A stretch of 63,751 bases of DNA, filler included, from Lama guanicoe (GCA_013239625.1; 167 parts of 167 records of this genome joined end to end with filler, not necessarily neighbours in it); one strand, 5' to 3'. Positions 12,119-25,584 are shown, counted from the first letter of the whole stretch. Notes: generated from the letters alone by a model not told the origin. Program-made: numbers and translations.

Positions 12119-12599
12119 NNNNNNNNNNNNNNNNNNNNNNNNNNNNNNNNNNNNNNNNNNNNTTAATTAATTAANNNNNNNNNNNNNNNNNNNNNNNNNN
12201 NNNNNNNNNNNNNNNNNNACAGTAGTTAGTATCTGCAAATCTCAAACTCCCATTTTATCCCTTCTCACCCGCTTTTCCCTCTGGTAACCATGAGTTTGTT
12301 TTCTAACTCATGGATCTTTTTCATCTCGATTGTGGTGGGGGTTACATGACGGTCAGGACTCTACACTAAAAAGAGTGAATTTACAGTATATAAATCATAC
12401 TTTAATAAGAAAACAGAAATTTTAAAAGTAAATACATTAGAAACACTAAAGAACAGAGAAAAAATGTGACAATGAATATATATATGTTCATGTATAACGN
12501 NNNNNNNNNNNNNNNNNNNNNNNNNNNNNNNNNNNNNNNNNNNTTAATTAATTAANNNNNNNNNNNNNNNNNNNNNNNNNNNNNNNNNNNNNNNNNNNN

Positions 12600-12881
12600 T
12601 GACATTATTTTATATCTAGACTGCAAAAACCTGTTAGGACTAAAATAAATTCAGCAATGTTGTGGGATGCAAAATCAGCTGTATTTTTATACACTAATAA
12701 TGTATAGAACTCAAGCAGAATTTAAGAAAACAATTACATTTACAATATCATGGAAAAGAATAAAATCCCTAGGAATACATTTAACCAAAAAGGCACAAAA
12801 TTTGTGCATTGAAAATCACAAAACATCACTGAAAGGAATTGAAGGAGAGGCGTGCATGGAAAAGCAGTCTCTGTTCGTGGG
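12600..12881 (+). mobile_element. Old L1 ORF2 fragment
   Basis: Degenerate RIKSLGIHLTKKAQNLCIENHKTSLKGI matches the L1 ORF2 motif. Confidence 0.85.
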
Positions 12882-13364
12882 NNNNNNNNNNNNNNNNNNN
12901 NNNNNNNNNNNNNNNNNNNNNNNNNTTAATTAATTAANNNNNNNNNNNNNNNNNNNNNNNNNNNNNNNNNNNNNNNNNNNNATTTTGAGCTCTGAAACAA
13001 AAATTCGGTCTACACCAAGGCAAACTGCATTCAGAATTCTAGGAATACAGTGATGAGGTTCACCTGTAGAGAGTTTTGCAAACAGGGGCCAGGGCTTTTC
13101 ACTAGAGGGCAAACTTCAATCAGTACAGAAAGTCTTCTCAGTATTGAATCTGTGCTGACTTTTCTTACAAAATTTCCCATGAAAACAATAATGCAGATAT
13201 ATAAAAGGAAGGCTAATTATGTTCAATTTCTTGGACTTACTCTTTAAGACCAGATAGCTAGTTNNNNNNNNNNNNNNNNNNNNNNNNNNNNNNNNNNNNN
13301 NNNNNNNTTAATTAATTAANNNNNNNNNNNNNNNNNNNNNNNNNNNNNNNNNNNNNNNNNNNNT

Positions 13365-13645
13365 CTTATGTGTGTAATTCTATCCTATGCTTAAATCATC
13401 AAGACAATTTTAGGACTTCCATGTGCCCAGCAAAGAAAAAAGGCCTTTTCCACCTGTCTTCCCACATGATTGTGGTTTCCATCACTTGTGGTGCGTACAT
13501 GTTCATCCACATAATTCCTACAGCCAAGGAAGAAGTGACTATTAATAAAGTGGTCTCACTACTCATTTCTTCCATTTCACCTGTTAGATCCATTTATTTA
13601 TACACCGAGAAATAAGCAAGTGAAGAAAGTCATCAATGACTCAAT
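13365..13645 (+). pseudogene. Olfactory receptor pseudogene fragment (TM5-TM7), OR6C-like
   Basis: VILSYA*IIKTILGLPCAQQRKKAFSTC / SHMIVVSIT...KEEVTINKVVSLLISSISP / LDPFIYTPRNKQVK; in-frame TAA at 13392-13394 plus two frameshifts. Confidence 0.9.
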
Positions 13646-13745
13646 NNNNNNNNNNNNNNNNNNNNNNNNNNNNNNNNNNNNNNNNNNNNTTAATTAATTA
13701 ANNNNNNNNNNNNNNNNNNNNNNNNNNNNNNNNNNNNNNNNNNNN

Positions 13746-13980
13746 CCCCCACCAGGTTTGATAATTTGCCAGAACAACTCACAGAACTCAGGAAAGTGCT
13801 CTACTCACTATTCAAGTTTATTATAATGGATACAAGTGAGCATTTAGACGAAGAGGTACATAGGTGGGGTCTGAAAGGGTCCTGAGCCTCTGTTCCCACG
13901 GAGTTGAGATGCATCACCCTCTTAGCACATTGATGTGGGCACCAATTTGGAAGCCCTCCAAACACTTCTGTTCAGGGATT
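13746..13980 (-). mobile_element. MER21-like LTR
   Basis: caggtttgataatttgccagaacaactcacagaactcaggaaagtgct is a characteristic MER21 motif. Confidence 0.75.
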
Positions 13981-14674
13981 ATTTTTTTGAATTTTTATTG
14001 GAGTGTAATTGACTTACAGTGTTAGTTNNNNNNNNNNNNNNNNNNNNNNNNNNNNNNNNNNNNNNNNNNNNTTAATTAATTAANNNNNNNNNNNNNNNNN
14101 NNNNNNNNNNNNNNNNNNNNNNNNNNNCTCAGGCTTGTCCCCGCTGCTACCCCTCCTCCCCTCGTCCTCCTCCACCACCCCCGCCCCGGGGAGGGAAACA
14201 GCTCCTCCTCTCCTTGCTTCCACTCTTCTCACCCGTGAACTACCAAGTCCTAGCGATCTGCTTCCCTCGTTCGTCCAGAATTGCTCTCCAGCCCGGTTGC
14301 CGCCTCCCAGGCCAGCCCCCAGCATCTCTGTTGGACAGGCTGTGCCTGGTCTCCCAGTCCTATTGTCACAGACACGCTCAGCTTCCTTGTGTGGTCTCCC
14401 TGGCAGTTCNNNNNNNNNNNNNNNNNNNNNNNNNNNNNNNNNNNNNNNNNNNNTTAATTAATTAANNNNNNNNNNNNNNNNNNNNNNNNNNNNNNNNNNN
14501 NNNNNNNNNCTGAATGCTGCTAAGGAAAAATGCAGAATACAAACTGTATATGTAATTTAGGATCCTAAAACTAACTTGGGCATGGAAAGACATCTGCATA
14601 TAAAGACAGAAGGAAGTTTACTAAAGTATTGAAAATGGTTGTCCTTTCGTCTTATACAATAAGCATGCTTTCTT

Positions 14675-14791
14675 TAGAATATATACATTTTTAATCGAAG
14701 TATAGTCAGTTATAATATGTCAATTTCTGATGTACAGCACAATGTCCCAGTCACGCATACACATACAAATATTCGTTTTCTAGAATATATA
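14675..14791 (-). mobile_element. Very short 5'-truncated L1 insertion with target-site duplication
   Basis: L1 3' terminus (tttttaatcgaagtatagtcagtt...) flanked by direct repeat tagaatatata at 14675-14685 and 14781-14791. Confidence 0.8.
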
Positions 14792-14891
14792 NNNNNNNNN
14801 NNNNNNNNNNNNNNNNNNNNNNNNNNNNNNNNNNNTTAATTAATTAANNNNNNNNNNNNNNNNNNNNNNNNNNNNNNNNNNNNNNNNNNNN

Positions 14892-15170
14892 TCATAGCAG
14901 CACTATTTACAATAGCCAAGACATGGAAAAAGCCTAAATGCCCATCAACAGATGACTGGATAAAGCAGATGTGGTATATTTATGCAATGGAATACTATTC
15001 AGCCATAAAAAACAACATGATGCCATTTGCAGCAACATGGATGTCCCTGGAGAATGGCACTCTAAGTGAAGTAAGCCAGAAAAATACCATACGAGATCAC
15101 TCATATGTGGAATCTAAAAGAAAAGAAAGAAAGAAAGAAAGAAAGAAAGAAAAAGACAAATGAACATAAA
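14892..15170 (+). mobile_element. L1 ORF2 C-terminus and 3'UTR
   Basis: IAALFTIAKTWKKPKCPSTDDWIKQMWYIYAMEYYSAIK. Confidence 0.95.
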
Positions 15171-16416
15171 NNNNNNNNNNNNNNNNNNNNNNNNNNNNNN
15201 NNNNNNNNNNNNNNTTAATTAATTAANNNNNNNNNNNNNNNNNNNNNNNNNNNNNNNNNNNNNNNNNNNNCTTTCACTAACACATCCATCCAGGGGACAA
15301 GATTTGCCCTGAGGCCTTTTAACTCTAGTAAGATGAAAACTCCTTGTGTTCGAGGACCACTGGGACTCACATCTCGTGTGTCGGTTTGTTCCAGGCAACA
15401 TGGAGAGAGGAAAATATTACAAGGATAGTTTTCCCCGTCATGTGGAAGACACTGTCGGGTATTTTTCATTTTCTGCTTTTTTTTGTTTTGAGCATTACAC
15501 TTTATGATCATCTGTCTACAAAAGGCTCCTCTCTTTATTTTATTTGAAAACTNNNNNNNNNNNNNNNNNNNNNNNNNNNNNNNNNNNNNNNNNNNNTTAA
15601 TTAATTAANNNNNNNNNNNNNNNNNNNNNNNNNNNNNNNNNNNNNNNNNNNNCTTATGACATGGCAGGTTTCAACTCCTGGTTAAAAATCTGTGTGTGTG
15701 ATTTCTCAGGCCTTATCATAAGCAATGACAAAGGCTTTATCTAGCAGGTCTCATGGTAGGGGAAATCTGTCTTCCCCTCACCAGACTCAGGGCACAGCCA
15801 ATGCATGGAAGTCTCTGAAGGAAGTTGCAATCAAGGACTTGGGCCTGTCTGGCCTATCAGATGCTGAGCATACTTTCATTCCTATGTCTCTGGCATGTTC
15901 ATACTGCTACTGGGAGGAGGGGAAAACAGATACCNNNNNNNNNNNNNNNNNNNNNNNNNNNNNNNNNNNNNNNNNNNNTTAATTAATTAANNNNNNNNNN
16001 NNNNNNNNNNNNNNNNNNNNNNNNNNNNNNNNNNTTTTTTATTCATAGTTTAACAAATATTTATTGAACAACTACTAAGAAACAACCATGCTTGTAGATA
16101 CAGTTTAGAGAGTATTGGATGAAACAGACATGGCGTTTGCCTTATGGAACTTACAATACCATCTGGGGACTATGCTTTTTTCAGTAAACAATCTAAAGGG
16201 GCCCTGAAATGAGCAGTGTTTGGAATAGGGAGAAAGGCAAAAAGGCTGTAAGGAGGAAGAGATGCTTGCACTCAGTTTTAAAGAACGTTCAGGAGATACT
16301 CATTCCCCAGACAGAANNNNNNNNNNNNNNNNNNNNNNNNNNNNNNNNNNNNNNNNNNNNTTAATTAATTAANNNNNNNNNNNNNNNNNNNNNNNNNNNN
16401 NNNNNNNNNNNNNNNN

Positions 16417-16651
16417 ACAAAGGATTCTGACACCAAGAAGTTTGCAACAACCAACCACATCCCCTTCCCTTTTTAGTATAAAAAGAGCCTGAATTCTAAC
16501 TTGGGGAAGATGGTTCTCTAGGACATTAATCCTCCATCTTCTTGGTCTGCCAGCTTTCCGGACAAAGTTGTTATCCCTTGTCCCAACACCTCTTCTCCTG
16601 ATTTATTGGCCTGTCATGCAGCAAACAGAAAAGTGTTTGGACTCAGTAACA
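16417..16651 (+). mobile_element. ERV1-type LTR, 3' part
   Basis: TATA-like gtataaaaag, LTR-like R/U5 region, ending in ...ggactcagtaaca (terminal CA). Confidence 0.7.
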
Positions 16652-19159
16652 GTTCCAATGAAGAGAATGTTGGCAGAGAACGCCAGCTGAAAAAAAAANN
16701 NNNNNNNNNNNNNNNNNNNNNNNNNNNNNNNNNNNNNNNNNNTTAATTAATTAANNNNNNNNNNNNNNNNNNNNNNNNNNNNNNNNNNNNNNNNNNNNCC
16801 ACAAAATAAGAATTAATTCAAAAAGATACATACATCCCATTATTAATAGCAACATTATTTATAACCAGCAAGGTATGGAAGCATCCTAAGTGCACATCAA
16901 TAGATGAATGGTAAAGAAGCTGTAGCATATATACATAATGGAATACAACTCACCCATTAGAAAGAAGGATATCTTGCCATTTGTGGCCCTTCATTCACTT
17001 TTTTATTTTCCTTCAAAAATCAGAATTGCATAACTGGCATAAACATTTCCATTGCATCAAAAACAACAAAATACCCAGAANNNNNNNNNNNNNNNNNNNN
17101 NNNNNNNNNNNNNNNNNNNNNNNNTTAATTAATTAANNNNNNNNNNNNNNNNNNNNNNNNNNNNNNNNNNNNNNNNNNNNACTATTAAAACGCCAGAAGG
17201 ATCCATGGGAGAATCTTCTTTTATAATCTCTGAGTGAAAAGGTCAGAAGCCATACAATAAAATTCAACTACATAAAAAATCCCTACAGCAAAAACCACCA
17301 TAAAGAAAGACTAAAGGCAATAAACTAGGGAGAAATGTTTGCGAGGCATTTCATAATTAAAGGCTAAATTCCCTGATATGTACGAAGCATATTCAAAGTA
17401 ATACACCAACAATTAAATAAGAAAGTGAACCAAAGGTATAAAAAGAGAGGACACAGAGAAGGNNNNNNNNNNNNNNNNNNNNNNNNNNNNNNNNNNNNNN
17501 NNNNNNTTAATTAATTAANNNNNNNNNNNNNNNNNNNNNNNNNNNNNNNNNNNNNNNNNNNNTGTACAATCATAGCCCCTACTATCTCCAGTTAATGGTT
17601 CTTTCTATATTGTATAATTACTGTAAGACCTATTATAGTTGTTGAAACTTTTTTTGTAGCCAGCGAGCCAGCAGTCATGACTTAAATTTAAACTACATTT
17701 TATTTGAACATATGTTGCAGAGTAAAACAACTTTAAAGTAATTTTTTTCTTTTGCTCTTCTCTAGTCTCCAAAAAGTATCTGTCTCAAGTCAGACTAATT
17801 GATTAAATCATTGATGCGAAATCTGAGTATGGGCAGAAAAAAAANNNNNNNNNNNNNNNNNNNNNNNNNNNNNNNNNNNNNNNNNNNNTTAATTAATTAA
17901 NNNNNNNNNNNNNNNNNNNNNNNNNNNNNNNNNNNNNNNNNNNNTCGCTTTCATGGTATATAGGATTCACAATCTGTAATGATTGATGGCCAGTGGGGCA
18001 CAGTAAAGTCAGAGACACTAGAAGGAAAGGGGCAAAAACAGACAAGGAGAGCTCCAGCAAAAAGCCTGCATAATTTTTTTTTTTAAGTCTGGAACGTTCC
18101 TAGAACTCTTCCAGGCAATCTAGCTGGTCTCAAAGCTTTGAAAAAAGAAAGTTTCTCTTTAACTCGAAAATTGCACGTTGTATATTATTCCCCATGTGTG
18201 CGAGCTTGCAGAGACTGGAGCTAAACNNNNNNNNNNNNNNNNNNNNNNNNNNNNNNNNNNNNNNNNNNNNTTAATTAATTAANNNNNNNNNNNNNNNNNN
18301 NNNNNNNNNNNNNNNNNNNNNNNNNNTGAGCCTAGAAAACAGGGCACAGGGTTAAAGCCAAAGGAACAGACCTAAAATGGCATCAAAATTGTTCTTTTCT
18401 ATTACAATTCCCTTTTCCACTTCATAGATAATTTTTGTAAGAAACATGAGCAATTTTGTATTTTTGCTTTTCATAACCGATAAGTGGGCCAACTATATTT
18501 TTGTGAGCAGGGATGCTTTGCGGGCATAGGGGTCACAGCAAACTCTTGTTGGGGGTGGCCGACCGTGCAACATGTCTGATGCCCCGTGAGTGTTGGTGAG
18601 GGTCCCCCNNNNNNNNNNNNNNNNNNNNNNNNNNNNNNNNNNNNNNNNNNNNTTAATTAATTAANNNNNNNNNNNNNNNNNNNNNNNNNNNNNNNNNNNN
18701 NNNNNNNNAAAGTGCCAAGCATGTAATAAAAGTCATAGAAGGCTTTGCTCTATGAAAAATATGCTTCCTGACCATTGAATTAAGGACCTTCAGCTTAAAG
18801 ATGGTATCTAATGATAAAGGCTATGTTAGGTCTAAGTTAAAATCTGCAGTAAGAGAATCACGTAGAAATAATAAAAATTGTACATAGAAACAAAATTGTA
18901 CATAAAAATAAAATTGTACTTAAAGTTGTACATAAAAATGTGCATAAAGTTTCAGTTATACATGATGAGTAAGTTCTAGAGATCTGCTACNNNNNNNNNN
19001 NNNNNNNNNNNNNNNNNNNNNNNNNNNNNNNNNNTTAATTAATTAANNNNNNNNNNNNNNNNNNNNNNNNNNNNNNNNNNNNNNNNNNNNATACTCTAGG
19101 TGAGAAAAGCTTAGATTTATTCTGCATGAGTTATATTAATTCTTAGCAATAGTTTTTTG

Positions 19160-19372
19160 TTTGAAAGGATGGAAGGATACATATTTTGATAACACTAATC
19201 AAAATAAATATGGAGTGGCTACATTAATACCAGCCAAAGTAGATTTCAGAGCAAGAAATTCTGCCAGAGGAAAATAGGGTCATTTTATAATGATAAAGGG
19301 GTCAGTTTCTGTAGAGGACAGAACAATCCTAAATGTTTTAATAACACAGCTACAAAATACATGGTGAAAAAA
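19160..19372 (+). mobile_element. L1 ORF2 endonuclease-region fragment
   Basis: ggagtggctacattaatacc...aaagtagatttcagagcaag...cattttataatgataaaggggtca. Confidence 0.85.
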
Positions 19373-19472
19373 NNNNNNNNNNNNNNNNNNNNNNNNNNNN
19401 NNNNNNNNNNNNNNNNTTAATTAATTAANNNNNNNNNNNNNNNNNNNNNNNNNNNNNNNNNNNNNNNNNNNN

Positions 19473-19754
19473 TGGTGTAGACCCCACTGGATTATTCCAC
19501 TGGGGCATGCACCTCGGTGTATTCCCCACTTGTTTATTCCACTGGGGCATGCACCGTGGAGGATACCCCACTGGTTTATTCCACTGTGGCGCGCTACTCG
19601 TGTATTCCCCACTGGTTTATTTCACTGGGGCATGCACCGTGGGGTATTCCTCCCTGGTTTTTTCCAGTGGGGTATGCACCGCTGTGGATTCCGCACAGGG
19701 TTATTCCACTGGGTCATGCACCGCGGTGTATACTTCACTGTTTTATTCCACTGC
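19473..19754 (+). repeat. 42-bp tandem repeat, ~6.7 copies (family C)
   Basis: ttattccactggggcatgcacc at 19492, 19534 and onward at ~42-bp spacing. Confidence 0.93.
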
Positions 19755-21765
19755 NNNNNNNNNNNNNNNNNNNNNNNNNNNNNNNNNNNNNNNNNNNNTT
19801 AATTAATTAANNNNNNNNNNNNNNNNNNNNNNNNNNNNNNNNNNNNNNNNNNNNCTATTTACATTAATCCTTTCTTGGAAAAAGATTTCGAGTCTAGGTA
19901 AGGGAATAGATTTATGCTGTTTATCTTACAACTTTTCAGTTTGGCTTGAGTTTTCTTTGTGTTCAGTATTGCTTAAAAAAAATCAACTTTTAAAATAGGT
20001 TCATCTGGCTATTGTGTTGATCAGCCAAATTTAGGAAACACTGATTTACTCATCTCATCAGATAGAAAGTTGTGTGGGGTGCAGATCACCATCCCTAAAC
20101 CCTGCTCTTATGATAAAGGACATCTGACACCAATTANNNNNNNNNNNNNNNNNNNNNNNNNNNNNNNNNNNNNNNNNNNNTTAATTAATTAANNNNNNNN
20201 NNNNNNNNNNNNNNNNNNNNNNNNNNNNNNNNNNNNGTGTGGAATTAGTTATTTCAACTTCAATTCTGTCAATTTTGGTTTTGTGTGTTTTGGAGCTGTT
20301 TTTCAGCACGTGTACATTTGCAATTGGTTTACATTCTGATGTATTGACCCTTTAATTATTATAGAATATTCCATTATGTCTCCAGTGATAGCCTTGTATT
20401 CTAGTCTAGTGTGTCTGATACAAATGTGTTCACTTGAACTCCCCTGTGGATACTATTTTGGATATCTTGTTCCATCCTTTTAACTTTCAATCTCTTTGTA
20501 GCTTTGAATCTTTGTGTCNNNNNNNNNNNNNNNNNNNNNNNNNNNNNNNNNNNNNNNNNNNNTTAATTAATTAANNNNNNNNNNNNNNNNNNNNNNNNNN
20601 NNNNNNNNNNNNNNNNNNTTTTTATTACCCTTAATTTACTCAGAGTCACAGCTGGTAAGTAGTGTGGTCAGATTCCAGACCAAGTAGTCATGCTTAAAAG
20701 TCTGTGCTGTTAATCTCTAGGCATTATTACTTCTCAGTCCTACTAGCTTTCAGTCCTTTTTCTGGTTTCTGTAATAAATCCTTTTCAGATGCATATTTGT
20801 CTCGGGATCTTTGAGATGAAGTTTTCCAGTCTTTATTCTTCTATGAAATTTTTAATGTTCTCATTTCTTCTAATTCAGCCATTGTATTTACTGAAATTCA
20901 NNNNNNNNNNNNNNNNNNNNNNNNNNNNNNNNNNNNNNNNNNNNTTAATTAATTAANNNNNNNNNNNNNNNNNNNNNNNNNNNNNNNNNNNNNNNNNNNN
21001 TAACTCAGCGTTCTCTGAGTGAAAGAGAGCGAGCTCACCGCTGGATGAAGGGTGATGATCCTTAGAAGATTGAAGTGGGAGGTAAATACTATTGTGACCT
21101 GTTGCTTTTTAATACTCCATCTCATGGTGTCCTCAAATATTGTGTGGGCATCTTAGAATGCCCACTTCCCAGCTGAGGACACAGTAAGGAAGGAAGCATG
21201 TTTCAACGGTGGCTTATCTGCATCAAACCCCATGGTGGATGGACCAACTACACTGACTAGAGTGTGTAGAAGATGACATCGTNNNNNNNNNNNNNNNNNN
21301 NNNNNNNNNNNNNNNNNNNNNNNNNNTTAATTAATTAANNNNNNNNNNNNNNNNNNNNNNNNNNNNNNNNNNNNNNNNNNNNTGAAACTATAATATACTA
21401 TAGATTTCAAAATATAATATACACACTAAATATATTATAATTAATAATGAGACTCCAAACATACAAATAATAAACAATAAATCACTGGTAGTTTTCCAAA
21501 GTGCATAATTATTCCTTCATCTAGATACAAAATTTCAAGATCTATTGCATAGGCACCAATGTGACCTTCGTTTCATTTATTGCTTTTCTGAGTAATTCCA
21601 TAACTTTATTTGTGGTGGGTGAAATAAATAGCCACGTGTCATCTATGTGACACCCTCTCCCCTCNNNNNNNNNNNNNNNNNNNNNNNNNNNNNNNNNNNN
21701 NNNNNNNNTTAATTAATTAANNNNNNNNNNNNNNNNNNNNNNNNNNNNNNNNNNNNNNNNNNNNT

Positions 21766-22046
21766 CCATATGTCTATGGGTTCCTTAGTGGCCTGATGGA
21801 GACCATGTGGACATACCACTTGACCTTCTGTGGCTCCAATATCATTAATCATTTTTATTGTGCTGACCCACCCCTCATCCGGCTCTCCTGTTCTGACACG
21901 TTCATTAAGGAGACCTCCATGTTTGTGGTGGCAGGATTTAACCTCTCCAACTCCCTTCTCATAATCCTCATCTCCTACATCTTCATTCTCATTGCCATCC
22001 TGAAGATGTGTTCTGCTGACGGTAGGCGCAAAGCTTTTTCCACCTG
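21766..22046 (+). CDS. Olfactory receptor fragment (TM4-TM6), OR5M-like
   Basis: Open frame [45 protein letters not shown]...[18 protein letters not shown] is typical of OR5M. Confidence 0.93.
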
Positions 22047-25000
22047 NNNNNNNNNNNNNNNNNNNNNNNNNNNNNNNNNNNNNNNNNNNNTTAATTAATT
22101 AANNNNNNNNNNNNNNNNNNNNNNNNNNNNNNNNNNNNNNNNNNNNTTCCTTCTCTGAAGATTTCCTGATTTGTTGGTACCTCTGTTGTGACACCCAAGG
22201 GTAATTCTGATGCAGCAACTCTCGCAAAAAGAAAAGAGATGGGAAACAGAAGAGGAAATTCCTCACGGTGATGAGTTCTCATCCTTCCCTCAGAGCCGCA
22301 GTGGGCCCGGCTCCGTCTGTGCTCCTCGTCGGCGACAGTGACCCACCTAATTCCCAGAGACAGACGGGCAGAGAGTGCACACGTGAGACGAGCCAGGACC
22401 CACCTTGTGCTCAGATCACGCGGGCACCNNNNNNNNNNNNNNNNNNNNNNNNNNNNNNNNNNNNNNNNNNNNTTAATTAATTAANNNNNNNNNNNNNNNN
22501 NNNNNNNNNNNNNNNNNNNNNNNNNNNNGGTAAATGGAACTCCAGGAACACTCAACTGAAAATTGTCTTAGGAAGTGTCTTAGCAAGGAGTTAAAAAATC
22601 CTGCCTTTCAGGTGAACTGTTTGTCTTACTCTGAATTGTGAAACTGTTGTGCATGAGTGAATCTCTTTCTATCTTACCTGAAACATCCTACTTTTATCTT
22701 TTGAAAACACATTATCTGATTTCTTAGACAACTACATGATCTAAAATGTTAAAAGCATCCATTTTGCTTTATCTCCTTGTTTATTGAGGAAATGGGAAAG
22801 CATGGAAAAANNNNNNNNNNNNNNNNNNNNNNNNNNNNNNNNNNNNNNNNNNNNTTAATTAATTAANNNNNNNNNNNNNNNNNNNNNNNNNNNNNNNNNN
22901 NNNNNNNNNNAAGAGTTAAGTTAAATAATTTGAACCTGGCTGGTACAGTGAGCATAGCCGTATGTTTCAAGGATAAATCGCCAAAGAAACAAGAAAGAAT
23001 TATGTGTAAATCCTCATGCACAGGGTTTTGTGCCATACTGAGTCCCAGTTGAAATAAAATTATTTTTTGGGGTTACCATTCTAAATGAAGAAATGTAAAA
23101 GTAAATTTTTTTTAACTTTAATTTTTTTACTTTAAATGTGTTTACTCTTGAAGAATGTTATAGAATATATTAACTTTAAATAGTTATTTTGTNNNNNNNN
23201 NNNNNNNNNNNNNNNNNNNNNNNNNNNNNNNNNNNNTTAATTAATTAANNNNNNNNNNNNNNNNNNNNNNNNNNNNNNNNNNNNNNNNNNNNGAAAGCCA
23301 AGTATGGAATGGATAATTGCAGCTGATTGCACAGGAAAGGGCGTTGTTAATTGTTCATCTATGTTGAAATATTTCCCAGTAAATGTTTATAAAGGGCATT
23401 GCCCAGGGTCATTAACTGAGAGACGATCTCGGTTGGTGAAGGAGAGAACTGCTTTCAGTGTGGAGTCATCTTCCTTAACTGTATTAATGAACGCAAGAAA
23501 ATAAGAAACACCTTCGAATTTTGTTTTTATGTTTTATTCCGAAGATTCCGAGGGCAGATCAAAGACGTGTCCCCNNNNNNNNNNNNNNNNNNNNNNNNNN
23601 NNNNNNNNNNNNNNNNNNTTAATTAATTAANNNNNNNNNNNNNNNNNNNNNNNNNNNNNNNNNNNNNNNNNNNNGTGTTATGAACTAAACACAGAATGGT
23701 GGATTTATGGATCCTTGACACTGTTAACACTGGTAACATTTCTAAAAAAACATTCACTTACCCTCCAGAGAGATACTGGCCTTCAGAAATCTGTGCACTC
23801 AGTCTATTTAGATTTATGTATTTAAGCTTCAATTAATAAGCTATAATCTCTTGCACTAAAAAGAAATCCCATTTTTGTCTCCTGGAAGAGTCTGCAGTGT
23901 GTGTCTTGGGGAGCCCTAGTTCACTAGTGGTTCCCTTTTCTGTTCTTATATGTTAANNNNNNNNNNNNNNNNNNNNNNNNNNNNNNNNNNNNNNNNNNNN
24001 TTAATTAATTAANNNNNNNNNNNNNNNNNNNNNNNNNNNNNNNNNNNNNNNNNNNNGAGAACAAATCAGTGTGTATTACTGTAAGAACCCGAGATTTTTG
24101 ACCGCACTGAGACCTCAGGGGGTTTCACTCAGGTGCAGGCAAATGGCCGTAGCTACCTGTATAACTCGTGACCTGCTTCGTGGACTCAGGGACGTGGTTT
24201 GACAAAGTTGCTGCTTCCTCATCCTATTTCCGCTCCAAGTCTTTAAACCGAACTCCTGACTTCAATGAGATCTTTTCAGTCATGTGTGGCTTCTTTTCAA
24301 ATGCTTCAGGACAAGACTTTCATGTTGGGGCAAATCCANNNNNNNNNNNNNNNNNNNNNNNNNNNNNNNNNNNNNNNNNNNNTTAATTAATTAANNNNNN
24401 NNNNNNNNNNNNNNNNNNNNNNNNNNNNNNNNNNNNNNTTTTTTTCTTTCCCCAGAGATGTATTCCACATAGCGGCATGCTTTATTTCTTATTGGAAACA
24501 TTCCTAAATATTATCTAGATAGAAAAATACAGATTTTCTGCATTCCTTTTCTGCCCTAAAAGTTAAATAGACATCATGTCATGTGATTTTTGAGACAAGT
24601 ACTTAGTCAAGGCTGGGATTAAATATGTTTATTTCTTGTTCCCCTGCTACCATTTTGATACACTAAAGGTTAAAATATAAAGCATTGTGTCTTCTTTTGA
24701 TTTTCTTTTCCTAATCTGTGNNNNNNNNNNNNNNNNNNNNNNNNNNNNNNNNNNNNNNNNNNNNTTAATTAATTAANNNNNNNNNNNNNNNNNNNNNNNN
24801 NNNNNNNNNNNNNNNNNNNNAGTGATTTTTACTGAGTCAAAGAATATGAATTTTTTCAGGTGCTTGATACACAGTTATACAACAGATCACAAAAAAGTAG
24901 TACCATAGTACACTTCCCCCAATTCAATATCACTATGTGAGTGTTTGCCTCACTACACAAAAATCAGTGTTTAACATTATTATTTTATTTAAATTCTTTT

Positions 25001-25584
25001 ATAAATTGATTGGCAAAAATTTAACCTGCTGTTTTTAAATTTACGTTTATTGGATCATTAAGAGAGATTGAATTTGTTTTCAGACATTTATTAGGTGTTT
25101 TTNNNNNNNNNNNNNNNNNNNNNNNNNNNNNNNNNNNNNNNNNNNNTTAATTAATTAANNNNNNNNNNNNNNNNNNNNNNNNNNNNNNNNNNNNNNNNNN
25201 NNGATGACTCTGGCATGCTTGTGAGCTGCTGTCATCTGCACAGAGAGCTCAAAACATGTGACGGTGCCATGCAGCGCATGAAGGACCACTGGGACCGAAG
25301 GGGCTTTGGTCCATGAAATGCCCAGTTGCTGAGGACCTGCCATGTGCCAGGCCCGGGAGCACACAGTCAGGACACAGCGCCCGCTGTTCCTGAAGTCTCT
25401 CCCCGTCCAAGAGAGGAGCAAGCCAGGCCCTGAGGTCACGCGTCACGCTTCAGGGTGAAACACCTCTGAGACTGTGAGGAAGCTNNNNNNNNNNNNNNNN
25501 NNNNNNNNNNNNNNNNNNNNNNNNNNNNTTAATTAATTAANNNNNNNNNNNNNNNNNNNNNNNNNNNNNNNNNNNNNNNNNNNN

